Source: Cetorhinus maximus | Lineage: Eukaryota | Direction: 5' to 3' | DNA length: 64,000 bases | Assembly: GCF_964194155.1 (NCBI RefSeq) | Contig: NC_135881.1 | Location: 133,300,001 to 133,364,000, forward strand | Shown here: positions 38,011 to 51,399 of the stretch, piece after piece | Numbering within the stretch: position 1 is the first letter of the stretch | Layout of the letters: the number at the start of each line of letters is the position of its first letter | Notes under the pieces: generated by a model | Seen by the model: only the letters and a program-made list of their open reading frames with translations | The model's database searches: none | Told to the model about the DNA's origin: nothing | Made by a program: the position numbers and the translations under genes

Positions 38011-41000
38011 CTACCAAAAGCAACCATTCTTGTCACTGGATATATATCCTGCACCTACGCAAATGTATCATTGTATTACAATGTGTATGTTTAAATAGCA
38101 GGGTAAAACCGTCTCTGGTTAATCTTTAATCTGTTCGAGTCAAGGACACTGAGGCGGCAACCGCATTTACATTGCCAGATGCAAAGTGTGATCCGGGATC
38201 AGACATGTTAACTTGCATCGAAGTCCAGACGCACGTTTACCTTTGAACAGAATTGTGCAGTTTACATAACATGGGTAAAACCGTCTATGTTAGAGCTGAG
38301 TATATGAAATATGGCTGGACAAATGGATCTGATCCAGCTAATTTAGCACAGAGACATGGGAGGTTTGAGGTTTATTGGTCGTTACAATGGGCAATGCACC
38401 TAGGCTTTCTTCAAAGACACCTACATTAGACTTTTGAACAAATATTTAGTCTCTAAGTAATAAAATGCTTAGTGCCGAATAAATGCAGTATCTTTGCTAT
38501 CCCGGCCCGGACTAGTTTAAACTTGCTAAAGCAGTTATTTTCTGCCCTTCCTGTACTTTTTATTAACATTGCCTGTTCTGTTGCCCAATGTCCAACTGCT
38601 CAAATAACCTTTAAGTAACAGTATGCTATCGTGGACCTCGCATTATTTTCGACCGAATTGTTAGTAACGCGGCTTTCAGATTTATTTCCGTTTGACTGCA
38701 GTCGGAAAACGCAACCGCCGCCCACTGTATGTGACTACAGCATGGTTTAATTCAGGTTTTAGACTTCGTTTTAATTAATTTTAGTAAATTATTGCGGAAT
38801 TCGTAAAAAAAAAGCATCAAATTAATCAATAATTTACTTAACCAATAAGCAGGGCTTTACTACGTTTTTGTAGAAATAATTCATGATTCGTATTTCGCGT
38901 TTTGGAAATTTTAAGACAAATTAAAATCCTCTTTTGTCGAAACTAATTCGCTGACTTTTTTTTAGCGCCTACAATTTTTCTGGACCCAGTGAATCCATGA
39001 TAGGTTTTGGCCTTATATAACGATGTGTACGGAGGGGAGAAGTGAGAGGACAACCTTCAGTGAAGTGTAACATGGATCAACATCAACTGGACAGATTTGA
39101 GATTCTGCTTCTGTTTGTTTCTGATTGCATTTGACCACGTGCTGCCAAATGCCCATTTCGTCACTTTTTGGTACGCGGAATGTGTTGCTTCTGAGAAATT
39201 CGAAGCATATCGGTTAAAACATGGGAGCAGGGGCAAACATACCCGCAGCTAATCGGCTGTAAAGTATTCGGCTATGTCAGGAAGGTGTTTTATTATCACT
39301 AAGAGTGTTAGGCGCAGTCAAGAGAAAAGAGCAAGATGCTGAGATTATTGATCCTTTCATCATCGGTGATATTTCTTACAGTCAACAGTGGGGCAGGAAA
39401 CTCTCACAATCTAACAATATTTGACGGCTTTCGCTATTCCACATCCAATTCGCCAGAGTTTTCCAGTGCTCACAAATTAATTGCAACAATATATGCGCTG
39501 GTTACAGAATGATTATCTCAAAATATTCATTTTAATGGCCTATATGTTGCGTTCACATTTCCGAGGACTTACTAATCCCATCATTTCATGTTACGCTCGT
39601 AAAATCTTTAAACGAATGGAATTTGTAGTTCAAACGTGTGGTTACTTCCACATTGCCATGCACCCCAGGAAGTCAAAAATCTCTTGAGTGACTGTGTTAC
39701 CATTACAGACTATAAAAACGCACTAAAAGCTATGAATCATTGTTGAGATTAATGTCAACATATAGCGTAAATGAAAGAGGACCATTTCAGCTTTGTATTT
39801 GATCATTGTGGATAAGTTAATGTTACATTCTATATATTCAATAGCAACAAATCGCAGTATTCTTCAGATTTCCTTTTGTGTCCCGCGGAGACCTTGTATA
39901 AATTACATTTGTATCAAGCAGAAAAATATATTCCACTGGTTAGAAATCTCACTTATGTTACAAACATAATGCCTTTGTGAAAAATGCTACTATGTGAAGC
40001 ACAAGACCCGCCAATAACAAGTACAGCGTTTTCTGATGGGTAAGTTATGGGTTGTTCTTAAACGTTTATTTTTTACAATGCAACTCGTTAACTTGTAGAG
40101 TTTGCGAAGCAGACGAATTTGGATAAATCCGTGTGCCTTAATTACTTTAGACGGAGATGAAAACCAATTTTAAAAACCTGGCTTGTTTCTTAACTATAGA
40201 GAACTTTTTGCACTTAAATAATTCACTCGCGCATCGTGTCAGGCAATTATAATAAGTTTAGTTTTTAGGAGAAACACGTATTTTTGCCTCGGCCACCTCT
40301 TAACTTGCACCGCGGCTCAAAATGGTCGACGATCGACTCAGATCCCACCATCCGATTGCTCGCAGTCTCCTGAAATTCTAATCGATTTTCTTAAGTTAAT
40401 TTAAACGGAATCTATGCTATTCCAGTTGGTTCCTAAAGAAACCACCTGAAAGCTGCTTTGTACGCTGTACTCTCCGTTTGCCTAATAAGTTACCTGAATT
40501 GTTTTAATGGTGTTTCACTTTTGAAAAAGAAACGAATGGGATTGTGTCAATTTCATGTACATTCCCATTGCTCTTGCGGTCTTTAAAGGCGCTTTAACAA
40601 CACTAGTGCAAAAAGTCGACAAGCTTAAATTGTTCGTTTCAATCATAAGCGCGACAACTTCAATATATCATTTTTAGCGACGAAGGAAGTACTGTAAACG
40701 CCTCTGATTAGAGCAGTTTAATTGGCACGAGGAAAATATGTAATATGGGACATGTGGGTTTTGCCAACTGGGGTTTATTTCCATTATTGTTCAGTAATGC
40801 GGATCAACAGTAGGGGGAGCACGAAGACAGCGAGTGATACCGGGGCTCCAAGGCAGCATGAAGCACAAAGTGGAGGGAGCTTTGGTAGTCTTTCTAAAAC
40901 GATACTGACAAGCAAAGGCTAATGTGTGCTTGCCTCGTACTTAATTCAACCGTAGCATAAGCAGAGGTCTTATTTAGCCTTGAAACTCTTTGAACAATTG

Positions 41001-41562
41001 TATTAATATTATCTTTTAAGTCTCCCTTTCAGGATTATTTCAAGGGGAATTCAATGCTCCAGGGCCATTTGTAATTCAATACGGAGGATATAAAAATAGA
41101 AGCATTTGTTATGGTCACATTTATTTTTATAATTCCTGTGTTTACGCGCTATGCGCTTTTATTGTAGCGCAGAACGTGCAAATTGATATATGAATAATAT
41201 ATAAACAACCATGTAGAATGTAATTGACGATATATTGTCATATCTTTTTTCAACTGTTGGGAACTGATCTTTGGTAACAGATATACACAGTGCAATTTGG
41301 AATCTCAAAAAGACACCAAACATGTTTTAATCGCGCCCGTTTCACTGTTTATCTGTCAGCAGCTGTTACAACAGGGAACTAATTAAGCGTGTACAATTAG
41401 TATCGACCCAGAGGGAAGACAGCTAATACCAAACCAATCTTATACGTTAGATACTGAAAGGCTATCAGGGGACTGGAAAACTGGTTCGCAGCCAATCCCA
41501 TAAGCAGCTATTGTAAAAGGACTAGATAAGGGGTACTCAGCCAATCTCAAACATGGAGATTG

Positions 41563-42060
41563 TAACAACTTACTTTTATAGAGCACTTTTAACCTAGGAA
41601 AAGGTCCCAAGTTGCTTCACGGGAGAGCAGGTCAAGATTAACACAGAACCACAGAAAGGCATGTCATCAAAGGCTTGGTGAATGAGGGAGTTTTAAACTC
41701 GCGTCTTAAAGAGGAGGGGGAGGTGGAAAGGTGGAGAGGTTTAGGAAGGGAATTTCTGAACTTGGGGCCTGGACAGTTGGAGGCACAGCCGTCAATAGCG
41801 AGGCAAGGAAAGATGGGGATGTACAAGAAGACAGAATTGGAGGAACGCAGAGTTCTCAAATGGTGTAGAGTTGGAGAAGGTTACAGGGATAAGGACAGGT
41901 GAGGCCATGGGTAATTATGAACACAAGGATGAGAATGTAAAATTTGATTCATTGCTGGGCCAATGTAGACCAGCAAGCAGAGGGGCGATGAATGAACGGG
42001 ACTCGTTAAGGTACGGGCAGCAGAATTTTGGATGAACTCAATGTTTTTCGGGGTGGAAGA
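41563..42060 (-). mobile_element. L2-clade LINE, 3' fragment
   Basis: Reverse complement resembles the 3' end of the L2 copy at ~58400-58890 (PSSxxLWNSLPK-type coding end and 3' tail). Confidence 0.6.
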
Positions 42061-42904
42061 ACATTGGACTACCTCAGGGGATCAAATGGCAGATACATTT
42101 TAAAGTTGCTGCAACAGTATTTTTAAGACTGCAGTTACAATGTAGCTGGATACTCCAACCGATAGTTGCGGGAGTGTGATGCCCTGAATTATGCTGCCAT
42201 CTGCACAACACCATAAATTACACTGGTGTCAGCGGCAATGCTTTGATGCAGGGGAGAGCTTTGTTTCTGTAGCCATTAATTATCTGGACATCTTTAAAAT
42301 GTAGCTTCACGGAGTTTAGTGCACTCAGTTGTAAGATCAGCACCTGACCACTGAACTCTACTGACATTTTTTACCTCACTGCGCACCCTAAAATTTCTTC
42401 ACATCCATGCAAAGTGACAATATCAGTTCACCCCTTAGAATATGAAAATCACTTAACTAATGCTCAGCCAACCCTATACACTGGACCCTGGAACAGTACC
42501 ATTGCACCAGATGGAGGTATACTCAAACAATCTCATACACAAAGCATTGGAAGAATACTGGGGAGCCCTCTATCTTGATGTCCAAGCAATCTCACACACT
42601 AGGCTGCGAAAGAATATTAGGGGACTGGCTAATGACCCACCAGTATCATATATCATACACCAGATATCAGGAAGAGTATAGACGCTCCAATTCTAATCCT
42701 TGGCTAATCATATCTACAAGATTCTGAAACTGAAGCTAGATAACTAATATTCAGCTATCCTCAGACCCTAGACATTGACAGATTATATAAAACAACAGAG
42801 CTAATTGACATCTAATGTCACAAAGTACATTATGATAAAGTATTAAGGGATAATAGACCTGATACTCATTTGCCAGCAACCAGCAAGGAATCATATACTT
42901 AAGT

Positions 42905-43007
42905 TAAAACAGAAAATTCTGGAAAAACTCAGCAGGTCTGGCAGCATCTGTGGAGAGAGAAACAGAGTTAACGTTTCGAGTCTGTATGACCTTTCTTCAG
43001 AGCTCTA
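42905..43007. repeat. Short shark interspersed repeat (Penelope-associated terminus type)
   Basis: aaaacagaaaattctggaaaaactcagcaggtctggcagcatctgtggagagagaaacag. A diverged inverted copy lies at ~63830-63930. Confidence 0.55.
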
Positions 43008-43424
43008 CTGGTAGAATATCAAAGGATCAAATAGCTAATATTTAACAAATCAAATACATTATACCAATGGGAAAAGTATCAGGCTCTAATAGTTCCAATA
43101 CCTAGTCAATTTCATAACAGGACACCAGAAGAGTTTTAGCAATTCAAGACCCATCCAATCTGACAAAAGTAAGCAGAAACAAACTATCATAGGTTCAGAA
43201 GTAAACTACTGAGCTTGGCGACCACCTGACTACATGCTATACATAAGTGACATAAGGTAAAGTTACTGGCAAGCACCTTCCGGATGATAGAGAATGACAC
43301 AAAGCAAATTAGGAGAAATAGGTGACCAGCCAGAATGGGAGTCATGGGTGTACAGGGATCACAAGGGTTACAGTTTTTAATACATTTAGTGGTTTAGTTG
43401 AGGGGGAGGGGTGATGGTGGGGTT

Positions 43425-43660
43425 GTTGGCTAGGACTCCAAGAGAAATCCCTTCTCTTCATCAAATTGTGTCATGGGATCTTTGATGTCCACCTCAGCAG
43501 ACCTGGGTTTAATGTCTTATTCAAAAGATACATGTGACAATGCGGAACATACTCTGAATATACTGAAGTGATTACTTGCTCAAATCCACAGCAGATATTG
43601 AATCCACAACCTTCTGCCTCAAAGGAGAAAATGCGAAAAAAGGACAGCTGATTTGATACT
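43425..43660 (-). mobile_element. Partial DeuSINE-like (SacSINE1-type) SINE
   Basis: catgggatctttgatgtccacctcagcagacctgggtttaatgtcttattcaaaag matches the copies at 51400-51720 and 62402-62830. Confidence 0.5.
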
Positions 43661-44793
43661 TGGTAAATGAACAAAGGGATTTAAGAGCCGATCCCATGTT
43701 TGCACACTCTTGGCAAGGAACAACATCCACAGGGAGTGCAATGCATGAAATTTTGTGCACAAAGCCTGTGGTTTTTCATTCATTCATTTTAATAGATGAA
43801 AAATCACAGGCTGTGCACCTACAATTTCCTGCATTGTGCTTCCTGTGACTGCTGCTTCCTGCTGGGACTGCAGAATCAGCCCTTTAGGGTCCAGGTACAG
43901 AAGTCATTAAAAATTAGCTCGCAGGTGTAAAGAGAGCCATTTAAATGTTCAAAGAATGCTGGACCTCACAACAAAAGGTATCACGTTTAAATGCAAGAAA
44001 GTTGTAAAGCACTGTTGGGATCTGATTTGAAACATTCTGCTCAATTTTGTGTACATTTTATAAATTAGGAACACTTTGTACATGCTTTGTTGTTTCTGCT
44101 GTTGTTCATCCTGCACTAGCTACTATTTTTGTTATTGTTGTAACTGCTGCCACTTTCATCTTGTGCTTTTTGGCCAGGATCTCCCTTGGATCTCACAAGG
44201 GAAAAGATGGCCTATTCAGCTTCAGAATGTGAGACTTGCCTTGCTTGAGGTGAGGAATTTCCCTTTCTGTTACATCATCTCATGAATATTTTGCACCTTC
44301 ATGAATATTCAACTGTTCAAAACTGGATTTAATCAAATTAAAAGTGAACGATGTATATTGTTTCATTAAAAAAATCTTAAGTAAGATTGTTGCTTCCCAA
44401 GAATGGCAGATATGGTCAGGATGAGGATGAGATATTCCCAACTGAAGTGTTAACTTTGAACAATAGGTGGGATTAAATCAATCTATGGCCCACAATTATT
44501 TTTATAATTATCTGCTTAGAAGTAGGCTGTGCAATACTTACGAGTCCAGATTCACAAATTACATTTATGAAGGGGAATCGTTAATGCCATGAAAATCTAC
44601 AGTAGATATAAATGAAGAACAAGCACAGTACACAATGTTAATGGGTACTGCATATGAATGTGAATTATACATTCCACATTAATGGGGATCAGGTGTGAAT
44701 GAGAATCAAACATAATACTAAATGACAGTGCTTCATGCAGTTAGCTTGTGTTTTTATGTTTTGATCTGTAAAGCCCAGTAAAGTGCACTCTAT

Positions 44794-45418
44794 GGGCAGA
44801 ATTTAACGCCTCGCGCGCCCAACCCAATCCGGCATAAAATAGTGTGAGATATGTTGGTTGGTGGAGGATTGAAGCGTGTCTACCGACAATTAAGATGGCA
44901 ATTAAGCCCATTAATGGTGCAATTGACTTCAATATTTCATTGCCTGTCCAACCTCATGGTTGGCAAATGGGCGAATTGGCCAGGCGGCCTTTGCATTTTT
45001 CACCAAACCTCATCCATGGGTGGGATGAGATTTCCATGATGTAATAAGATAAAATTAATTTCCTGTGGGCAGCATTTTCATTAGTTAAATTTTCAGGTGA
45101 TTGATTATGATGCATGGACACTTTATTTTCAGCTTTTGTAACCATTTTTGCTTTTTCAGGTCTTCAGCTCCCTGATGCAGTTCTCTGCCTTCAGGGAGCT
45201 TTCTGTCAGCGCTGGCTGCACCTGCGTTGACATCATCGCCTGCCCTCTTCCTGTCCCCATCCCGGCAGTGCTGAGCTTTTCAGCGTGTGTTTCACGCTGG
45301 CTGACTGTTAATTGGCCAGCCAGCATGAAATCGCAGTCAGGGGCCAATCACGGCCAGCGGTCCATATCCCAACCACTCCTGCTGATTGCGCCTGCCCACT
45401 GAGCTGAAAATTCAAGCC
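44794..45418 (+). mobile_element. Non-autonomous Harbinger-type element (MITE)
   Basis: Ends GGGCAGAATTT...AAAATTCAAGCC with a 3-bp TSD TAT/TAT. Both subterminal regions resemble those of the Harbinger at 47590-51202. Confidence 0.75.
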
Positions 45419-45524
45419 TATGTGTAATTATGGTCGGCCAGCTTATTTGAAGTTTTGGCATGAGCCTCACGTACAATGTGAAACAGGTTGCCTGGCAATA
45501 CTTTGTGGCTTTGATTGGGTTACA

Positions 45525-45775
45525 TTGAGTCTACAGCACAGAAACAGGCTATTCATCCCACTGGTCCAAGCCAGTGTTCATGCTCCATATAGCTTCCTCC
45601 CACCCTTCTTCATCTAACCCTATTAGTATACACTTTTATTCTTTATTCCTTCATTTGTTTATCTAGACTTACCTTTAAATGCATCTAGGTTATTAGCCTC
45701 AATGATTTCTTCTGGTAGCACATTCCATGTTCTTACTATTCTTTGGGTGAAGAATTTCTCCTAAATTCCCAGCTG
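45525..45775 (-). mobile_element. CR1-type LINE 3' end fragment
   Basis: ggtagcacattccatgttcttactattctttgggtgaagaatttctcctaaattcc and tttaaatgcatcta resemble, on the minus strand, the CR1 ORF2 C-terminal FFxQRVVxxWNxLP...FK region. Confidence 0.5.
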
Positions 45776-47337
45776 GAAACACATGGGCCATTAGTTGGTA
45801 AATTTGAGTTGGTGTACCTTGGCAGCTTCCTTAATTTTCTCCCACACCTGTTTCCACACCCTGTGGGCATTTAATGGAGTTTTGAACCTGGTCATCACTG
45901 TCCGCCAGACTCTGTTGCAGCATTGCCTTTTGAAGAAGCTGCCCTGGAATGCCAAATGCAAGAAACCCTTTCATGCCCTCTTCATGCAGCCGCAGTTATT
46001 AAAGGGCTGAAGACCCTTGCTGCTCCATCACTAAGCTAATGACTACGTTTCCTGATATTACATTAATTGTGTCAGATATTGTAATATTGTCAGACATGTT
46101 TATTCCTCAATAATATTTGGAAATGTGAAAGTGTGTATTGAGAATTCTTGCAGCCTTTATATAAACTTACATAAGCGTTGTTCCCATACTGGGTCTCCTA
46201 TTGTTATGTAGCTTCATCCTTTCAATTTCTCCATCATCCTTTTTCAGCAAGCCTTGTAATGGCTGATGAGACACATAACTACCCTCCAGTGAGTTCCCAG
46301 CAGCAGGCCCAATATGAACCAAGAGGCCCCTTAAACTCTTAAAATTCAACAGGCCTCTAACTTTCAGTGGGGTTAGTCCTCAACATTCAGGCAGATGTAA
46401 ATCTCACAGCATATGGCTCCTGCTGGGTCCACACATAGATCTGAAAATCTATCCTGGTACATATATGGGTATGGAAGGTATATGAATAAGGAAAAAAATA
46501 TAATGCATTACAACCCCAATTTTGCCAGTCGCAACACCACTGGCAGCAAGTGTGACTAGGAAATATCAGGCATGCAGTTTTGTGTGAGATTCTCAATCTG
46601 CCCCATTTTCTGATGGGTGATTATGGGGAGCTAGAGCGAGGCACACTGCTGAAATCCATAAGTCTCACTTAAATGTCTAAAATATTTAATTAGGATGTTT
46701 TGTCATATTATATGAGTTTAGGCAAGACTCCACCCACAGAATTATCCTCCAAACTGAGCAGAGTGAGTGCTGAGCAGATGAAGCATGTTCAGTACTTCTT
46801 CTTAATGACTTCTTTTATTATTTATTTTTAACTTTTTAAGTACAAATGCTTTTTTGACTGGAGTGCCTTTCCTTTCCTGCATTAACCATTTGGTAAAGTT
46901 ATTTTGGTGCCCTTGCTGCTACTCCTTTGCAGTCTTTCAATTTTCTATGCTTGTAGTTACAAATCCAATTTTCTGCAGTAATACAAATAGGCCCTAAGAA
47001 GTTAGGGAGGATGGGACTGACTATATCAATGACTATTATTTTGCATGATTGAATTAAAGAACTTAAGGAGAACTGCTGCATTTATATTCCTGCCATAGCT
47101 TTAGGCCCCATGTTTATTAACCACATCATTTGTTCCTGGACACGCCGGGAAAGATTTGACTTCATTCCAGACTCTGTGGCTGAACAATACCAATTTCTGC
47201 AGCCTAACATATAGATGACTCCATAGGCTAGGACAGCTCTTCCAGTTGCTGTAAAGATCACCATAGAATTAAGTTTACAGGATACCAAATGAGACATCTA
47301 CCATATAAACCAGTCTGCAATGCATTCCTCTATAAAT

Positions 47338-47589
47338 GGGTACAATAACATAATGGCTATGTTACTGGACTAGTAATTCAGAGGCTTGGCAAATAATGAA
47401 GAGTTATGAGTTCAAATCCTGCAGGAACTAGGGAATTCAGTTAATCAAATACATCTGAAATGAAAAGCTGGTATTAGTATTGGGACCAAAGAATTATCAA
47501 TTTATTGTAAAAACCCACATGGTTCACCAATGTTCTTTAGGGAAGGAAATCTACTGTCCCTATTCGGTTGGGCCTATATATGACTCCAG
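47338..47589 (+). mobile_element. tRNA-derived SINE, 5' part (interrupted by the Harbinger insertion)
   Basis: Degenerate A box and B box GAGTTCAAATCC (~47408). Body aaaacccacatggttcaccaatgttctttagggaaggaaatct matches the reverse complement of the LINE 5' end at ~55010-55306. Confidence 0.75.
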
Positions 47590-50500
47590 GGGCAGAATTT
47601 TTCGCTGAGTTGGCGGGCACGCACCCGACCCACTCAAGCGTAAAATAGCGCGTGATGACGCCAAGTGAGCATCCCGACATCATCGCATACTTGCGCGATA
47701 TTTTGGTCGGCGGGCACAAGCAGGAGTCGGAACTGTGCCCGCCATTAAGATGGCTAGTTCAGGCCATTAAAAAGGCAACTGATGCCAATTTTACATTGCC
47801 TGTGCGATTTTGCACTCATCGCATGGGCAAAGCGGGCAGGCGGCAAGCTCTCAATTTACAAAACCTCATCTACGGGTGGGATAATAAGGGTCAGCAGCAT
47901 TGACAGCTTGAGTAGTGAGGAGTTTGGTAGATAGTTTGCAGCTGGTTACTTATTGGTACTTGGCACTTCATCTCTGTTTGGGGCTTCATTCTTAGCATTT
48001 CCAGGCTTCATTTCTGGACTTATTGGTGTCTCCAAGGACCCCGGAGGATTCAGACCATGTGGACTTTTCCAGCTATCAGGCAGCCTTCTGTAACCCTGGT
48101 AATGGGGATTGTGGTCTCCGCTGGATGCACCTCCTCCGAGGAGGAAGAGAGGGGCAGAAGGGAGAGGAGGCCAGGTGTCCCAATGCAGCTTCCAGAGGAG
48201 TGACCTGGGGGAGGAGAGGCACAGGCACAAAGGGCGCAGGGCCAGCAGGAAGTCCAAGGCATCAGAGGCCGCAGAAGTCGCCACTACCCTGCTGCCAGGG
48301 TTTACAGGCGGCGATGCAGCTACCTCAATTTGTCCGAGGTGCAACGCCGAAGTAGGCTCCATGTCTCATTTGTCAGACGATTGGGCCTGAGATCACCTCC
48401 AACTGTGCCTCCACAAGGACAGTGATAGAGAGAACCATAGGTCTTCTGATGATTCACTTCTGATGCGTGGACCGTTCAGGGGGAATGCTACAAAACTCCC
48501 CAGAGCAGGGGTCACCGACCGTGGTCACATGCAGTGCTCAGCACAGTCTGGCACTGGCAAGGGGGGCCCCACTGGAGGAGGGAGATCTTGGCACGGCTGC
48601 ACAGGCCACAGATCATGAATCCGGTTGTGAGTCTGCAGAAGGGCACAGCGAGGAGAATGCTGAGGGCGTGGAGGCAGACCTCAGTAACCTCCAGGGAGGC
48701 AGGGACACCACGGATGCCTTGATCTAATGCTCCTTCGGCTGGGCTGCCAAATATATGCTACCATCTCATGCCAGGGCTGCCGCCTCCATCCCAGGTGTCT
48801 GAAATTACTCTTTCATTTGAACCCAAAGTCCACTCAGTGCCTGTGCAATAAACTTTAGAGCCACCCAAGTCCAGCATTACATACTGGCGTACCCTGCACC
48901 ACATTAAATAAAAAAGGTGAAGCACACTCAGGCCATTATGGCAGAAGAAAATTTATCTCATTTTGACATCCCAAACAAATTAACAAAAACCTCTCTGGTC
49001 TTCAACCCCAGATCAGTAAACATAAACAAAACATTGCACAACAGAAGATTGCCCATGACGAGTCTCTCTTGTGCTCACGGTGCCTTAAACTTATGTTTGC
49101 GAGTGTTGCGTCTTGATGCTCCCCACTCGTTGGCAGCGGCATTGGAGGCAGCCGGCTGACTCTGCTGTCCTGTTGGCCTTGATGACCTTGGCAGTCACCT
49201 TCTGGCCAGTGGAGCCTGTGCTGGCACCTCCTGGGAGGGAACAGCCAGTGCTATGACTGGCATCTCCCCAATCACCACAGCACCATCAGATGCCATGGCC
49301 ACTGGCAGAAGGGCGGAGGAGCTGCTGCCCTCATTCAGAGCACCCTGAGAGGAGACCACAGAGACAACAGGCAGCTCGTGCGCCAACGTGAGGTCGCTCT
49401 GGACCTCCCTGCTCACTGTTGATGGACAGGCACCTAGCTGGGATACTGAGTGCCTCATCCATCTCCCACACTGGCACTGACCACCTGAAGTCATTGCCTG
49501 TGTGAGGGGTTGCAGGTCTAAGCGCATCCCAGGAACCCCTGATTCTGTACCTGGAGCTGCCTCTCCATGAGAGTTACCACTCTCTCAATGGAGGAGGCAA
49601 TGCGCTCGGCAATGAGGGTCAATGCAGTGCTCACGCTCTGCATGGACTCCTCCGTAACGGAGACTATGGCATGCCTACCCTCACGGATCTCTGCCAGATC
49701 CTCCTGCACATCTTGCTGGACATCCAGCATCTGTCGCCTAATGGGTGGCTCCAGAGGCTCAACATCTGCCTTCGGCTCAGCATCGTCCTGGTCTCCAGCA
49801 GTCCTCTGACTGCTGGCGCCCTGGGCACTCTCTGCCTCTGCCTGCACCTCAAGTGCGTGTGAAGTGCCCTCACCGCTGCACACCAACATTCTAGCCAAAG
49901 ACCTAATGTCCACGGAGGTGCTGATATCTGCGCTGGTGCCTGGTTCAGAGAGCGGGTATGACGCTTGTGCATCTGGAGCCTGGCAATCCTCTGGCATCAG
50001 GGGTGGCTCTTTGGGGTCATACAATTGAGTGCATGCTGGCAAATCTAAAGGAGAACAATGACAAGTCATTAGTTTAAGTCATCACACTGTCAATGCGCAT
50101 GCCAGGCCCCCTGGTGAGACACTGGAGATCTGCATTGTCTTTTAATGATCAATGGGGAATCCAGTTTTGAGGCTCCCATCAATAAAGAGATTACACAAGA
50201 ATGTTTGCACCATCCAAAACTCTCACCTCTGTGCACTGCAGTCTTACCTTCACCTGACACCTCAGCCTCTCCGCGGCCAGTTGACCAAGCTGCGTGCTGC
50301 TTCTCCATCTCCAAGGCAGCCTGCTCTTACCTTGTGAGGAACTGGGAGATTTTGGGGGCCTCTGCATGTCCGGGACCTCTCAATATTGTTATGGGATGTC
50401 TTCTGCTGAAAGGACAGAGGAGCATTGATTAGTTCACTCTCATTGCAGCCTGGCCAACCCCACCTGAGGAGCACCTTGCAGGGCATATCCAAGTCGTGGT

Positions 50501-51202
50501 CCTAGAGCTGCAAGGCTCACCCCTTTGGCCAGGTCCGGCAGTTGACACTCAGGCTCTAACACCCCTGAGCTCCACGGGGGGTGGGGAGATGGCCAGATGT
50601 TAACACTGTAACACATTGACGCATGCCAACACAGTACCCACCCTTCCTGTAGTAGGTCATTAAACTTCTTGCGGTACTGCACCCAGGTGCACCACACCAC
50701 ATCATGGCTGCTGAGCAGTACTGCCACCTCCTCCCAAGCTCTTTCTGTTAGGTGCGGTGGCCTCCCCTTTCCATCCCTGAGGACAGGGATGTCCCTCCTG
50801 GCAGCCACCTTCTCCAGCAGGACCGCGAGGCACTCATCAGAAAACTGGGGTGGCTGAGTGCCCACCTGACCTGCCCTCCCGCCTGGCACCTGCAGCCACA
50901 CTGGAAGCCATAATTTCCTGTTGACAACACCAAAGATGTCTTCTCCACTGGCAGCCTTCCAGGAGCTTCCTGGGCCATTTTTAAACCGGCTACTGGGTCA
51001 CCATTGGACCCGGTGGCCAACAGGCCCCCGCCCCTGCTCGGCCCTTCCCAACCGGTGAGGAGCCACATTTCATGCTGGGTGGGCCTTAATTAGCCCGCCA
51101 GCATGAAATTGCGGTTGTGGACCGATCGTGGGTAGTGGCCCATTTCCCGGCCACTCCAGGGCCCGCCGACTGCACCTGCCCACCAAACTGCAAATTCTGC
51201 CT
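47590..51202 (+). mobile_element. PIF/Harbinger DNA transposon, internally deleted and degenerate
   Basis: TIRs GGGCAGAATTT / AAATTCTGCCT, TSD CAG/CAG. Plus-strand transposase remnants YPAARVYRRRCSYLNLSEVQ (~48285) and ASTRTVIERTIGLLMIHF*CVDRSGG...VVTCSAQHSLALARG (~48407-48565). Convergent minus-strand Myb/SANT-like gene. Confidence 0.9.
50640..50901 (-). pseudogene. Harbinger Myb/SANT-like DNA-binding protein, first exon remnant
   Basis: PQFSDECLAVLLEKVAARRDI...AWEEVAVLLSSHDVVWCTWVQYRKKFNDLL is typical of the trihelix/MSANT partner protein of Harbinger transposases. Further remnants at ~50260-50380 and ~49200-50050. Confidence 0.75.
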
Positions 51203-51360
51203 CAGATCCACAGAAATTTGATTGACTCTTAACGGCCCCCTGAAACAGCCTAGCAAACCAATCAGCTGTCTCAATGACAAATAGGGATGATCAATAAGTA
51301 ATGGTCTTGCCAATGATGCTTTCAACCTGTGTATGAATCTATAAAAGAAACAAATGAATG
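51203..51360 (+). mobile_element. tRNA-derived SINE, 3' part with LINE-shared tail
   Basis: Resumes at (c)agatccacag...ttgactcttaac...cctagcaa and ends atagggatgatcaataa...tgaat, matching the 3' tail of the LINE at ~52050-52110. Confidence 0.75.
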
Positions 51361-51399
51361 ATCACTTTTCCAGTGTAAAAGAAAGTAGAAGACAACGAG

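Noticed and set aside
38101-38290. 14-bp direct repeat GGGTAAAACCGTCT about 170 bp apart
   Set aside because: Only two short copies with no associated structure.
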